DNA of 64,000 nt from Spirochaetota bacterium (GCA_965205605.1 CBDBHE010000007.1:384001-448000); one strand, 5' to 3'; positions 38,531 to 48,343 are shown, numbered from the stretch's first letter. Made by a program: numbers and translations. Notes: generated from the letters alone by a model not told the origin.

Positions 38531-39427
38531 TTATAGTTGAGATTTAATTTTTGAATGATAAAACAGCATAAATCCACAAGCGACATAAATAGAGGAATAG
38601 GTCCCTATAATCAAACCTATGATTAAAGAAAAAGCAAAATTTTTAAGTGAACCTTGCGTAAATAAATACATTGTAAAAACAACCACTAAAGTAGTAAGAG
38701 AGGTAATTAAAGTCCTAATAAAAATACTATTAACAGATTGATTAACGACTTCTTTGTAATTGACCGCTTCTTTTTGTCGAATTTTTTCTCGAACACGATC
38801 AAATAAAACAATCGTGTCATTAACCGAATAACCAAAAATAGTTAAAATCGATGTAATGGTTAAAACATTCACTTCAAATTGGCTAAAAGAAATTACCCCC
38901 AACATAATAAAAACATCATGAAAAACAGCAATAATGGCAGCAAGACTATACTGCCATTTAAAACGAAAGGTAATATAAAAAACAATGGCAATGATCGCAA
39001 ACACAATAATTTTAATAGCATTATCACGATTTTCACGACTAATGACCCCTCCAACGACTCGGCTTCGTTCAAAAGAAAAAGAATTGCCATTCTTTGAAAA
39101 ATTTTGTAGATTTTCTTTAAGTAAAGCTTCTATTTCAAGGCCTGTTTTTTGATTAGAAATTGGGATTCGAAAAATAAAACGATTTTTTTTAGTTAAAATA
39201 GACTCGATATCAACTTGTAGTTTTTGGGTTTTAAAAAAAACAAAAAGGTCTTGGGTCGTTGTTTGTTTTGAAAATTGTGCGGTTACTTCTACCCCTCCGG
39301 TAAAATCTGTGCCATATTTAAATTGTTTTCCAAAAAAAATAGTATACAAACTTAAAATAACAGCCAAAAAGGAAAAGAGGTAAAAAATCTTGGCGTATTT
39401 AAAAAAATCAAAAAAAGGCTTTATCAT
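38531..39427 (-). CDS. secF: Protein translocase subunit SecF
   Basis: GTDFTGG, HDV, GYSVNDTIVLFDRVRE, RTLITSLTT, GTYSSIY. Confidence 0.97.
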   Translation of the reverse strand: MIKPFFDFFKYAKIFYLFSFLAVILSLYTIFFGKQFKYGTDFTGGVEVTAQFSKQTTTQDLFVFFKTQKLQVDIESILTKKNRFIFRIPISNQKTGLEIEALLKENLQNFSKNGNSFSFERSRVVGGVISRENRDNAIKIIVFAIIAIVFYITFRFKWQYSLAAIIAVFHDVFIMLGVISFSQFEVNVLTITSILTIFGYSVNDTIVLFDRVREKIRQKEAVNYKEVVNQSVNSIFIRTLITSLTTLVVVFTMYLFTQGSLKNFAFSLIIGLIIGTYSSIYVACGFMLFYHSKIKSQL

Positions 39428-39454
39428 GGTTTCATCATTAATCGATCGTGTTTA

Positions 39455-40963
39455 TTAAATCCAAATTCGTTTAAATTTGATGCTTGTATTAAAATAAAAA
39501 CAAACATCAAAAACAAAACGCGTTAAAAAAAGTGCTGTGAACATACTAACAATTACCCCAATAAAAAGAGTCGTCGCAAATCCTTTAATCACTCCTTCTC
39601 CATAACTAGAAAGTACAAATGCAGCAATTAAAGTGGTGATATTAGCATCAAAAATAGACCAAAAAGCTTTTTGATACCCTTTGATATAGGCTTGACTAAA
39701 GTCTTCTTTATTGTGAAAAAACTCTTCTCGAATGCGCTCAAAAATAAGCACATTAGCATCGATGGCAATACCAATCGTTAAAAGTAATCCCGCAATACCG
39801 GATAAGGAAAGACTTAATTGAAAAGGAGCCAAAAGGGCTAAAACAACCATTCCATTTAAAATTAAAGCTAAAGAAGCAATCAAGCCAGAAAGCCGGTAAC
39901 GGAAAATCATAAAAATAAAAATAGCAATAATACCAAAAAACATGGCTTTTAAACTTTTAAGTAAAGATTCTTGACCAAGTTTAGGGCCGATGACTTCTTT
40001 AGAAACAATACTCAGTTTACCAGGGAGAGATCCCGACTTTAAAATCAGTGCTAAATCCGTTGCTTCTTGGGCATTAAAGCCTCCATCGATTTGACCTTGA
40101 CCAAAAATACGACCTCCTATTTTTGGCATCGAATACACTTTCTTGCGATCCAAAACAATTGCCAAACGCTTGCCCACATTATTGCCTGTCACTTCTGAAA
40201 AAATATTAGCCCCTTTTGCATCCAACTCAAAACTAACAACGATTTCTCCATATTGATCATAATTCATCGATGCATTAACAATCCGATTGGCATTAAGCTC
40301 TGCTTTTTTTTGTAGTAAAACCGGACTAACAGGCACTCGTTTCCCAAGGGCATCTTTTTCATAAAGAAAAGCAACATCATAATCTTTTTCCAACGTTTTT
40401 TGATTTAAAACCTTCTTTTGTTTTTCATCATAATTTAAAAGATCAAACCCCTCTTCAGCCACAAATTTAAATTCTAAATTTCCGGTTGTTTGGAGAATAT
40501 TTTCAATTCTTTCAGAATTAGTTTCTCCTGGTATTTGAATAATAATTTTATCAAAACCGACTTTTCTTAAAACAACATCCGAAACACCAAATTGATCAAT
40601 TCGATTTTGAATAATAAAAACAATCCGACTAAGAGCTTCTTTTTTTTCCTCATCGCTTAAATCATCAACTGCTTTTGATCGTTTTTTTGCCATATCAGAA
40701 AAATCAATTTGCATCACAATATAAATCCCTCCTTTAATATCAAGACCAAAACCAATGATACGTTCTTTAAGAGGATCTAAAGTCTTGGCTTCTTGAAGAG
40801 CTTTTAGATTAAAATTAAACGCTTCTCTTTGCTCTAGAGGAATTTCTGTAATTTTTCTAGCTTCCTCAGAAGCAACAAGATAATAGCGAATCGATGGGTA
40901 AAGACAATAAAAAATAATAGAAAAAATTCCTAAAATAACAAAAAAACGAAAACTTTTAGACAT
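39455..40963 (-). CDS. secD: Protein translocase subunit SecD
   Basis: GLDIKGG, NRIDQFGV, LKSGSLP, GIAIDANVLIFERIREE, DANITT. Confidence 0.97.
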   Translation of the reverse strand: MSKSFRFFVILGIFSIIFYCLYPSIRYYLVASEEARKITEIPLEQREAFNFNLKALQEAKTLDPLKERIIGFGLDIKGGIYIVMQIDFSDMAKKRSKAVDDLSDEEKKEALSRIVFIIQNRIDQFGVSDVVLRKVGFDKIIIQIPGETNSERIENILQTTGNLEFKFVAEEGFDLLNYDEKQKKVLNQKTLEKDYDVAFLYEKDALGKRVPVSPVLLQKKAELNANRIVNASMNYDQYGEIVVSFELDAKGANIFSEVTGNNVGKRLAIVLDRKKVYSMPKIGGRIFGQGQIDGGFNAQEATDLALILKSGSLPGKLSIVSKEVIGPKLGQESLLKSLKAMFFGIIAIFIFMIFRYRLSGLIASLALILNGMVVLALLAPFQLSLSLSGIAGLLLTIGIAIDANVLIFERIREEFFHNKEDFSQAYIKGYQKAFWSIFDANITTLIAAFVLSSYGEGVIKGFATTLFIGVIVSMFTALFLTRFVFDVCFYFNTSIKFKRIWI

Positions 40964-40989
40964 GGAGAACTCTCTCCTTTAATTCAACT

Positions 40990-41367
40990 TTATTTTTTAG
41001 GAGTCTTTTTATAATTTTTGTTATGATTTTTGTCTTCTTTAGGAAAAACTTCTGAAATAGCCGAACGAAGAATTTCAATTTGAACTCCTTTAGCAATCTC
41101 GATAATTAAAATATTCCCTTCTTCTTTAAATTGACTCACCACTCCATAAACCCCACTACTAAAAAGAACTTTGTCTCCCTTTTGAACCGTTTTTCTTTTT
41201 TTTTCAATTGCTTTTTGACGCCTTAATTGGGGACGAAGCACTACGAAATAAGTAATTAAAATAATGATAACAAGAGGAAAAAACATACCAGAATCTAATT
41301 TTTTTTTAGTCGGTTTGGGGGCTTGACTTGGGACTTGAGTTTGAGCGTGAAGAATCGTTGTTAACAT
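40990..41367 (-). CDS. yajC: Preprotein translocase subunit YajC
   Basis: Single TM, LRPQ, KGDKV..SSGVYGVV; upstream of secD. Confidence 0.93.
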   Translation of the reverse strand: MLTTILHAQTQVPSQAPKPTKKKLDSGMFFPLVIIILITYFVVLRPQLRRQKAIEKKRKTVQKGDKVLFSSGVYGVVSQFKEEGNILIIEIAKGVQIEILRSAISEVFPKEDKNHNKNYKKTPKK

Positions 41368-41532
41368 GGTGATATTCCTTTGATTAATAATAGTTTAAAA
41401 CAAACTTGTATGATTTTAGCATCTGAAGAAAAAAAACTAAAGAAAACAAGAGATGTTTTTTCACTTAATTTTAATAAGAAGTTATAATAACACTTAGAAA
41501 AATTTAAATTAAGTTAGAAAAAGGAACTAAGC

Positions 41533-42420
41533 ATGCAAGAATTTTTTATTTCTCTCATCATCATTTTTGCAGGAGTGATGATTTTATTTATTGGAAGCCT
41601 TAAAAAACAAATAAAATCTTCTTACCCTATAGGGGTTGGAGCCTTAGTCTTAGGGGGGCTGCTATTTTTAAAGACATGTATCTTTCAAGTCGATGAAGGA
41701 GAAGCTCTTGTAAAAACAACATTTAAAAAGATCTCTGGGTCTTTAACCAAACCAGGCGTTAATTTAAAATGGCCATGGGAAAGTGTGCATAGTTTTCCAA
41801 CACGCCTAGAAGCATATACTGATAAAATCCCTGCTCGTAGTAAAGATGGGATGGCTATTGATATTGATCTTACGATTCACTATAAAGTAGACAAAAATAA
41901 TATTGAAATTATTTATCGTGGTATTGCTAAAAGTCTAAAAGACTTAAAAGAAAAAATCATTTACCCTACTTTAAGAAAAACGATACGGGATTCAATTGCT
42001 ACTTTAAATGTCAAAGAAGTTTATTCAAAAAGAACTGAGCTTAATGACAAAATCACTGTCGATGCCAGCGAAGAACTTAAAAGCAAACACATTGTTATTG
42101 ATAAAATTTTACTAAGAGATATTAAATTGCCTGAACAAGTCGAAAATGAAATTAGAAAAAAAATTCAATCCCAGCAACAAGCTGAAGCGATGGAATATAA
42201 AAAAAAAGTTTCCCAACAACAAGCTGAAATTAAAGCCATTGAAGCTAGAGGAATCGCAGAAGCTCAAAAAATTATTAACCGTACTCTCACCCCTCTTTAT
42301 CTCCAACACGAGGCAATCGAAGCATATAAAAAATTAGCTGAAGGTTCTAATTCAACGTTTATTATCATCCCAACAAACCCAAAAGGAACTGGTATTCCTT
42401 TGATATTAAACTCAAAGTAA
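41533..42420 (+). CDS. SPFH/prohibitin (band 7) family membrane protein
   Basis: N-terminal TMs, PGVNLKWPW, SKDG, LLRDIKLP, EARGIAEAQ. Confidence 0.9.
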   Translation: MQEFFISLIIIFAGVMILFIGSLKKQIKSSYPIGVGALVLGGLLFLKTCIFQVDEGEALVKTTFKKISGSLTKPGVNLKWPWESVHSFPTRLEAYTDKIPARSKDGMAIDIDLTIHYKVDKNNIEIIYRGIAKSLKDLKEKIIYPTLRKTIRDSIATLNVKEVYSKRTELNDKITVDASEELKSKHIVIDKILLRDIKLPEQVENEIRKKIQSQQQAEAMEYKKKVSQQQAEIKAIEARGIAEAQKIINRTLTPLYLQHEAIEAYKKLAEGSNSTFIIIPTNPKGTGIPLILNSK

Positions 42421-42510
42421 AAAATAAAAAAATTATTTTTTAAAGCTAAAAATTTGTCATAATTTAACTAAAGACAAAGAAATCATTTGTTTTAGTTTAA
42501 AAAGATAAAA

Positions 42511-44175
42511 TTGATGAAAAAAAAAAGCTATACCGCTATCATTATTAGCCCTTTACTAAAAAAAAATCCTTTGAGCGAGTTTCACAAACAAAAAGAACTC
42601 ACTCTCGTACACCAAAAACCTCTCATTGATTGGGTGATTAGAGCTTTTCAAGGATGTGATTTTATTAAAAAAATCATTGTTATTGCCAAAAAAGAAGTTG
42701 AAAAAACATTAGATTTTAGACATGTTAGTTTTAGAACTTATCTTGAAAATGATTTGTTTATCTCTGTTAATTTAAGAAATTTAAAAAAAACCATCGGGCA
42801 AGTCATAAGAGAATCTAGCCCGACTCATCCTTGTTTACTCACTTATAGTGATGCCATTTGGTTAAAGCCTACTATTTTAACAAACTACATCCAAACCATC
42901 GAATCTATAGAAGATTTTCAAGAAGATTTTTTAACGACTTTTATGAGCCCTTCAAATATTAAAACTAATATTCCCTCGAAAAAAGGTGGCTATTTACTTT
43001 ATCTAAAAAACCCTAAGGTATTACTTTCGATAATCAATCATTTAAAAACCAATCAAAAAGCAGCTGATTTTTTTACAGAGCCTTTAAAAGAAATTCATTC
43101 CCTTGTAAAGCAAAATCAAAAAAATTTCTCTACCAAAGCAATCCAAATAAAAGAAACCAATTTATTTAAAAGAGTTTGTGATCAAGAGATGCTAAAAAAA
43201 GCTCACGAAGAGCTTACTCCCCCTTGGAAAAAAGGCAAAAAAGTGATGGTGGTTTATAATCCAAATGCTGGAATAGGCCCTAAGATTCCCCTTATTTTAA
43301 GTAAAATTTTAGGGATTAAGCAAATTAATAAAAATGATAAAAAAAATACAGTCGAGCTTATCAAACAAATTAAACACTATCTAAGTGAGTATGGGTTAAA
43401 AACAGAAGTGAAAAAAACATTAAGACCCAAACATGCCATTAGTATCGCTAAACAATGTGTGAAGGAAAAGTATGATGTTGTGGTAGCAGTAGGCGGAGAT
43501 GGCTCGATTAATGAGGTGGTCAATGGGATTGCAAAAAGCAATGTTGCTTTAGGGGTCATTCCACAGGGAACGGCGAATGTGTTTTCTATTGAAATGAATT
43601 TACCAACCAATATTAAATCAGCTTGTCAAATCATTGCAGAAGGGAAAATAAAAAAAATTGATCTTGGGATTTTAAAAAATCGCTATTTTGTTTCGATAGC
43701 AGGTATTGGGTTTGATGCCTATGTTGCCAAGCGAGTTGATTCTAAACTAAAAAGAGCGTTTGGAGTTTTGGCCTATATTTTAATTATTTTTAGAGAATTT
43801 TTTCGTTATCCTTTTAAGCAGATTCGAGTCAAAATTGATAATCAACCTATTATTAGGAGAGGGTTTTTTGTTTTTATTGGTAATGGAAAATACTATGGAG
43901 GAGATCTTTTGATGACCCCTAAGGCTAAAATAAATGATGGTTATTTAGATGTTTGTATTTTAAAAGCAAAGGGTCTTTTTTCATTTTTACGGTTTCTTTG
44001 GGGGCTTAAAAGAGGGAAAATCCAAAAAAATGTCGATGTAGAATATTTTCAATTCAAAAAACTTGAAATTGTTAAAAGAAAAAAAAATCATTTAGCGCAT
44101 ATTGATTCAGAAGTCTCTGCTTGGACGCCACTTAAAATTAGAGTCGTCCCTGGGGGACTAAAAGTCATTTGTTAG
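42511..44175 (+). CDS. Fusion: degenerate NTP-transferase-like domain plus YegS/DgkB diacylglycerol/lipid kinase
   Basis: C-terminal YNPNAG, GGDGSINEVVNG, IPQGTANVF, GIGFDA, NGKYYGG; N-terminal KPLIDWVIRAF..IKKIIVI, LLTYSDA. Confidence 0.82.
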   Translation: MMKKKSYTAIIISPLLKKNPLSEFHKQKELTLVHQKPLIDWVIRAFQGCDFIKKIIVIAKKEVEKTLDFRHVSFRTYLENDLFISVNLRNLKKTIGQVIRESSPTHPCLLTYSDAIWLKPTILTNYIQTIESIEDFQEDFLTTFMSPSNIKTNIPSKKGGYLLYLKNPKVLLSIINHLKTNQKAADFFTEPLKEIHSLVKQNQKNFSTKAIQIKETNLFKRVCDQEMLKKAHEELTPPWKKGKKVMVVYNPNAGIGPKIPLILSKILGIKQINKNDKKNTVELIKQIKHYLSEYGLKTEVKKTLRPKHAISIAKQCVKEKYDVVVAVGGDGSINEVVNGIAKSNVALGVIPQGTANVFSIEMNLPTNIKSACQIIAEGKIKKIDLGILKNRYFVSIAGIGFDAYVAKRVDSKLKRAFGVLAYILIIFREFFRYPFKQIRVKIDNQPIIRRGFFVFIGNGKYYGGDLLMTPKAKINDGYLDVCILKAKGLFSFLRFLWGLKRGKIQKNVDVEYFQFKKLEIVKRKKNHLAHIDSEVSAWTPLKIRVVPGGLKVIC

Positions 44176-44195
44176 CTTAATTTTTATTTAAAATT

Positions 44196-44669
44196 TTATT
44201 TCTTATCAAAAAAAGTGACGACTTGATCAATACAGTTTTCTTCTTTATAAGAAAATTTTGCAGAAAAAAAACGATTTTCTTCTATCCACTTGAGGAAGAA
44301 TCGATCAGAAGGCCATAAATTAAGAGCTTGTAAATTCTCATTCTCAATCCATTTTAAATTTCCTTCTTGACAATTTTTTATCATCGTGCCTTCAAATTGA
44401 TTTGAGGTATAAACAAACACATACCAATCTTCTTGTTGGTGATCAAAAAAAGGGAATGTCAAAATGCCTTTTAAATCAAATTGTATTAATTGATACCCCG
44501 ATTCTTCAAAAACTTCTCTTTTAAGAGCGTCTTCAGGACTTTCTCCTTTTTCAAATTTTCCTCCAATCCCATTCCATTTATTCTTATGGAGATCATTTTT
44601 CTTTTTAACACGATGTATCATCAATGTTTTGCCATTTTGCTTTAAATAACAAAGAACGGCTAGTTTCAT
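44196..44669 (-). CDS. NUDIX hydrolase, 8-oxo-dGTP diphosphatase (MutT/MutX-like)
   Basis: GGKFEKGESPEDALKREVFEESG Nudix box; KWNG; CQEGNLKW; LWPSD. Confidence 0.9.
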   Translation of the reverse strand: MKLAVLCYLKQNGKTLMIHRVKKKNDLHKNKWNGIGGKFEKGESPEDALKREVFEESGYQLIQFDLKGILTFPFFDHQQEDWYVFVYTSNQFEGTMIKNCQEGNLKWIENENLQALNLWPSDRFFLKWIEENRFFSAKFSYKEENCIDQVVTFFDKK

Positions 44670-44673
44670 CTTT

Positions 44674-45546
44674 TTAAACCCATTTTTTAGGCTGATAATA
44701 AGCGTTCATGGTTTCTTCAAAAGAGTCTTTTTTAATTTGTCGATCATAAGGAAACGTAACCGTTGTGGGCAAAGACATTAAAATAGATTCAGTTTTTCCA
44801 CCTGCTTTAAGGCCAAAAGCTGTCCCCCTGTCATAGAGCAAATTAAATTCAACATACCGCCCTCGCCTCCATAGTTGAAATTCTTTTTCAGCCAAGCTAC
44901 TGGTTTCATTTTTTCTAAGAGAGATAATTTTAAGATAAAAAGGGAGCAAAGCATCCCCTACATTTTTAACAAGCTCAAAGGCTTTTTCATCTTTTAAATG
45001 ATCAAAAAAAATCCCCCCAATGCCTCTCATTTCACCTCGATGAGGAAGGGTAAAATAACGATCACATTCTGCCTTAAAAGCTTCATAACAATCTAAATGC
45101 GTTTTTAAAACAGCTTGTTTCATGCTTTTATGAAATAAAATAAAATCTGCTTCGTGAGGATAATAAGGCGTAAGATCAACACCACCCCCAAACCAAAAAG
45201 TATTTTTAGTTTCAAAATAACGCACGTTCATATGAATAGTGGGAATTTTAGGGGAAGAAGGGTGAAAAATTAAAGATAGCCCACAAGCAGAAAAAGGTTC
45301 TTTTCTTACTTTAAGTAAAGTAGCCACCTCACCTGACATCATAGAACTAACCGAAGAAACTCCTATCCCTGCTTTTTCAAAAATATCGCTGTCTAAAAGA
45401 ATCGTTGTTAGTCCCTTTCCTATCTCAGGGTTAGACCAAGGGGCTTGATGAAACTTTTTACTATCGATCTTTTCTAAAGCAGCGTACATCTTCTTTTGAA
45501 GGGAAGAAATATACAAAAACATAGACTCAAATTGTTTGGAAGGCAC
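44674..45546 (-). CDS. hemF: Oxygen-dependent coproporphyrinogen III oxidase
   Basis: PTIHMNVRYF, WFGGGVDLTP, RGIGGIFFD, RRGRYVEFNLLYDRGT. Confidence 0.96.
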   Translation of the reverse strand: MPSKQFESMFLYISSLQKKMYAALEKIDSKKFHQAPWSNPEIGKGLTTILLDSDIFEKAGIGVSSVSSMMSGEVATLLKVRKEPFSACGLSLIFHPSSPKIPTIHMNVRYFETKNTFWFGGGVDLTPYYPHEADFILFHKSMKQAVLKTHLDCYEAFKAECDRYFTLPHRGEMRGIGGIFFDHLKDEKAFELVKNVGDALLPFYLKIISLRKNETSSLAEKEFQLWRRGRYVEFNLLYDRGTAFGLKAGGKTESILMSLPTTVTFPYDRQIKKDSFEETMNAYYQPKKWV

Positions 45547-45561
45547 TACTTTTTTTAAAAA

Positions 45562-45583
45562 AAGAGATTTTTAAGAGATTTTT
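45562..45583. repeat. 11-bp tandem duplication AAGAGATTTTT x2
   Basis: Seen directly in the hemF upstream spacer. Confidence 0.5.
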
Positions 45584-45636
45584 ATATGCATTCTAAAATT
45601 AAAAAAAAAAAATTGATAGCCTAGAAAAAGAAAATT

Positions 45637-45665
45637 TTGACATCAAAAAAAGCGTACGATACAAT
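45637..45665 (+). promoter_or_regulatory. sigma70 promoter, apparently giving a leaderless mRNA
   Basis: TTGACA-N17-TACAAT; GTG start is the 7th nt after the -10. Confidence 0.65.
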
Positions 45666-45671
45666 TTAAGT

Positions 45672-46553
45672 GTGTTGAATGAAAAAAACAGTGCCAAATC
45701 ACTAACGTCTTTAATGAATCAAATTGTTAAAAAAATTCCCTTTGATTTTCCAGAAAGCGAATCTTACTTAAACAAAGACGAGCACATTCACTCCAATATT
45801 CTTTTTTCTATTACTCCTCCACTACCAATTTCAAATCAAAAAAAAAAGATTTTAAGCACCATCATTGAGCTCACCAACACCACCCTTAATATTCACAGTG
45901 ATATTCTAAACCCCTATAAGCATTTGAATAAAAACAACCATTTTGAAGAAAAAAACAAACAAAGGATTTTAGCTGGCGATTATTATTTTTCTCATGCCTT
46001 GAGTTTAATTCCAGAAATTGAAAATCAAAAAGTTGAAATTTTTATTTATCAACAAATTCAAAAAGCTTGTCTTGGCAGGCTTCATGTCGAATCTAAAACC
46101 AACCCTCAAATGCCAAAAAATATTAGAGAATACAAAAAAATCATTTTATCTAAAATAGATCCTTTATTTTTATGTTGTTTTACGATTCCCTTTATGCTAG
46201 GCAATCATTCAAAAAAAACATTGTCGATTTTAAAAGAAATTTCTAAAAAATTTTCACTCCTTTATCAATTTACTCAAGATTACAAAGAACTTTCTAAAAA
46301 AAATGGAACTAGTTCAAAAAAAAATAGCCTATGGTCTCATCTTTGGGAAAAAGAAATTAAAAAAAAGTTAGTTGATTTATCAAAAAAAACAAATGGCAAT
46401 CTTGAAAAAGAAACCATCCATTTTATAAAAAAAACTCTCTGTGAAAAGATGGAAACTTTAAAGAAAAAATATTTTTATCAAAAAAAAAATTATTTTCAAA
46501 TGGATCAATTATTTTATAGTTTGCCTAAAATTGAATATTTTTCAAACCTCTAA
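45672..46553 (+). CDS. Polyprenyl-diphosphate synthase-like protein with both DDxxD motifs degenerate
   Basis: IELTNTTLNIHSDIL, ILAGDYYFSHA, YKKIILSK, LYQFTQDYKE align to the trans-prenyltransferase regions. Confidence 0.72.
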   Translation: MLNEKNSAKSLTSLMNQIVKKIPFDFPESESYLNKDEHIHSNILFSITPPLPISNQKKKILSTIIELTNTTLNIHSDILNPYKHLNKNNHFEEKNKQRILAGDYYFSHALSLIPEIENQKVEIFIYQQIQKACLGRLHVESKTNPQMPKNIREYKKIILSKIDPLFLCCFTIPFMLGNHSKKTLSILKEISKKFSLLYQFTQDYKELSKKNGTSSKKNSLWSHLWEKEIKKKLVDLSKKTNGNLEKETIHFIKKTLCEKMETLKKKYFYQKKNYFQMDQLFYSLPKIEYFSNL

Positions 46554-46859
46554 AACATCCCTCATCCACTTTAAATAAAAACGACTACCCCCTTTAATAG
46601 ACCAAAAAACAATACAAGGGTTTTCATAAGGGTGATATTCTTTGAGTTTTTTTACAAGGTGTTTTTTTTTAATCATCATTGTTTTGCCAATGACTAATGT
46701 TTCTTTTTCACAAACGATTTTCTGATCCCAAAAATAAAGAGAATCAGCGGTAGGGATTAAATTAGCACAAGCAATTAACTTTTGTTCTAATAATTTAAAA
46801 ATAACTTGTTTTGCTTTAGGTTTAGAAGGGAAAGTGGTGTAAAAAGTAAGGTACTTCAT
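46542..46859 (-). CDS. cutA: Divalent-cation tolerance protein CutA
   Basis: KLIACAN, SLYFW, HPYENPCI. Confidence 0.93.
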   Translation of the reverse strand: MKYLTFYTTFPSKPKAKQVIFKLLEQKLIACANLIPTADSLYFWDQKIVCEKETLVIGKTMMIKKKHLVKKLKEYHPYENPCIVFWSIKGGSRFYLKWMRDVLEV

Positions 46860-48343
46860 TAAAGCGGTGTTTTAAGAGAATCGCCTTTAGCATTAATTTT
46901 ACAAACATGTTGATGGTTTTTATTCAAATACAAATCGACATAACGAGCACATTCTCTTCCTTCAAGGATTGCCCAAACAACCAAAGACTGACCCCTTCTA
47001 GCATCCCCACAAGCAAAAACACCTTTCTGATTGGTTTGATAAGAATTTTCTTTGGCATCGATATTACCTTTAGAGCTTTTTTTTAAATCTAGCTCTTTTA
47101 AAACATCTCCATGATTAGGGTGCAAAAACCCCATTGCCAAAAAAATAAGATCTGCTTTTACAATAAAATCTGTATTGGGTATTTCTTCAAATCCTATTGG
47201 AATGCCTTTTGAAAATTGATTCCATTTAAGGCGCACACATTTAAGACCTTCCAAGTTTCCTTTGGCATTACTGATAAACTCTTTTGTCAAAAGACCAAAT
47301 TCTCTTTGGCAGCCTTCTTCTTGAGAAGAGGAAGTCCTAAAGATTCGATCATAAAGAGGCCAAGGCATGGAGAGGTCTCTTGAAAAAGGAGGTTTATCCA
47401 TAAGCTCGATTTGAGTCACTTTTTTGGCTTGCTGGCGAATGGAAGTCCCAACACAATCAGAGCCTGTATCGCCTCCCCCTAAAACTACAACATGCTTTCC
47501 TCGTGCACTAATGAATGAATCCCCAAGATTATCTCCTGCTACTTTTTTATTATTAGCGATGAGAAAATCCATTGCAAAATAAACCCCATGACTCTGGCGA
47601 CCTTTAATAGGAAGATTTCTTGGGGTTTGGGAGCCTATAGCAATAACAATAGCATCGTATTGTTTAGTAAGTTGATTTTTACTAATATCTCTTCCAACTA
47701 AAACAGAAGTTTTAAAAACAATGCCTTCTTGTTGTAAAAGATTAATACGTCTATCAAGAATATTTTTTTCTAGTTTAAAGTCAGGAATCCCATAACGAAG
47801 AAGCCCACCGATACGATCTGATTTTTCGTAAACGGTGACATGGTGACCTGCTTTATTAAGTTGATCGGCACACGCAAGCCCTGCAGGCCCTGATCCAACA
47901 ATGACAATTTTTTTACCAGTCCTTTTAAGGACTTTTTTAGGTTTTACTTTACCATCTAAAAAAGCTCTTTCTGCAATGGCGTGTTCAATAACTTTAATGG
48001 CAACAGGTGGCTTATTAATCCCTAAAACACATGCTGATTCACATGGGGCAGGGCAAATGCGACCCGTTACTTCAGGAAAATTATTCGTACTACTAAGAGA
48101 ATAATAAGCTTGTTCCCATTGATTTTTATAAGTAAAATGATTCCAATCAGGGATAATATTACCAAGAGGACAGCCTTGATGACAAAAAGGCACTCCGCAA
48201 TCCATGCATCGAGCTCCTTGGTTTTGTAGCTCATCTTCTTTTAAAGGAACAAGAAATTCTTTATAATGAGTTTTTCTTTTTTCAATGGCCTGATAAGCAT
48301 TAACTTTTCTTTCATATTCTTTAAATCCAGTTAACTTACCCAT
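46859..48343 (-). CDS. gltD: Glutamate synthase small subunit
   Basis: MGKLTGF start, RCMDCGVPFCHQGCP, GSGPAG, GGGDTGSDC, GQSLVVWAI. Confidence 0.97.
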   Translation of the reverse strand: MGKLTGFKEYERKVNAYQAIEKRKTHYKEFLVPLKEDELQNQGARCMDCGVPFCHQGCPLGNIIPDWNHFTYKNQWEQAYYSLSSTNNFPEVTGRICPAPCESACVLGINKPPVAIKVIEHAIAERAFLDGKVKPKKVLKRTGKKIVIVGSGPAGLACADQLNKAGHHVTVYEKSDRIGGLLRYGIPDFKLEKNILDRRINLLQQEGIVFKTSVLVGRDISKNQLTKQYDAIVIAIGSQTPRNLPIKGRQSHGVYFAMDFLIANNKKVAGDNLGDSFISARGKHVVVLGGGDTGSDCVGTSIRQQAKKVTQIELMDKPPFSRDLSMPWPLYDRIFRTSSSQEEGCQREFGLLTKEFISNAKGNLEGLKCVRLKWNQFSKGIPIGFEEIPNTDFIVKADLIFLAMGFLHPNHGDVLKELDLKKSSKGNIDAKENSYQTNQKGVFACGDARRGQSLVVWAILEGRECARYVDLYLNKNHQHVCKINAKGDSLKTPL

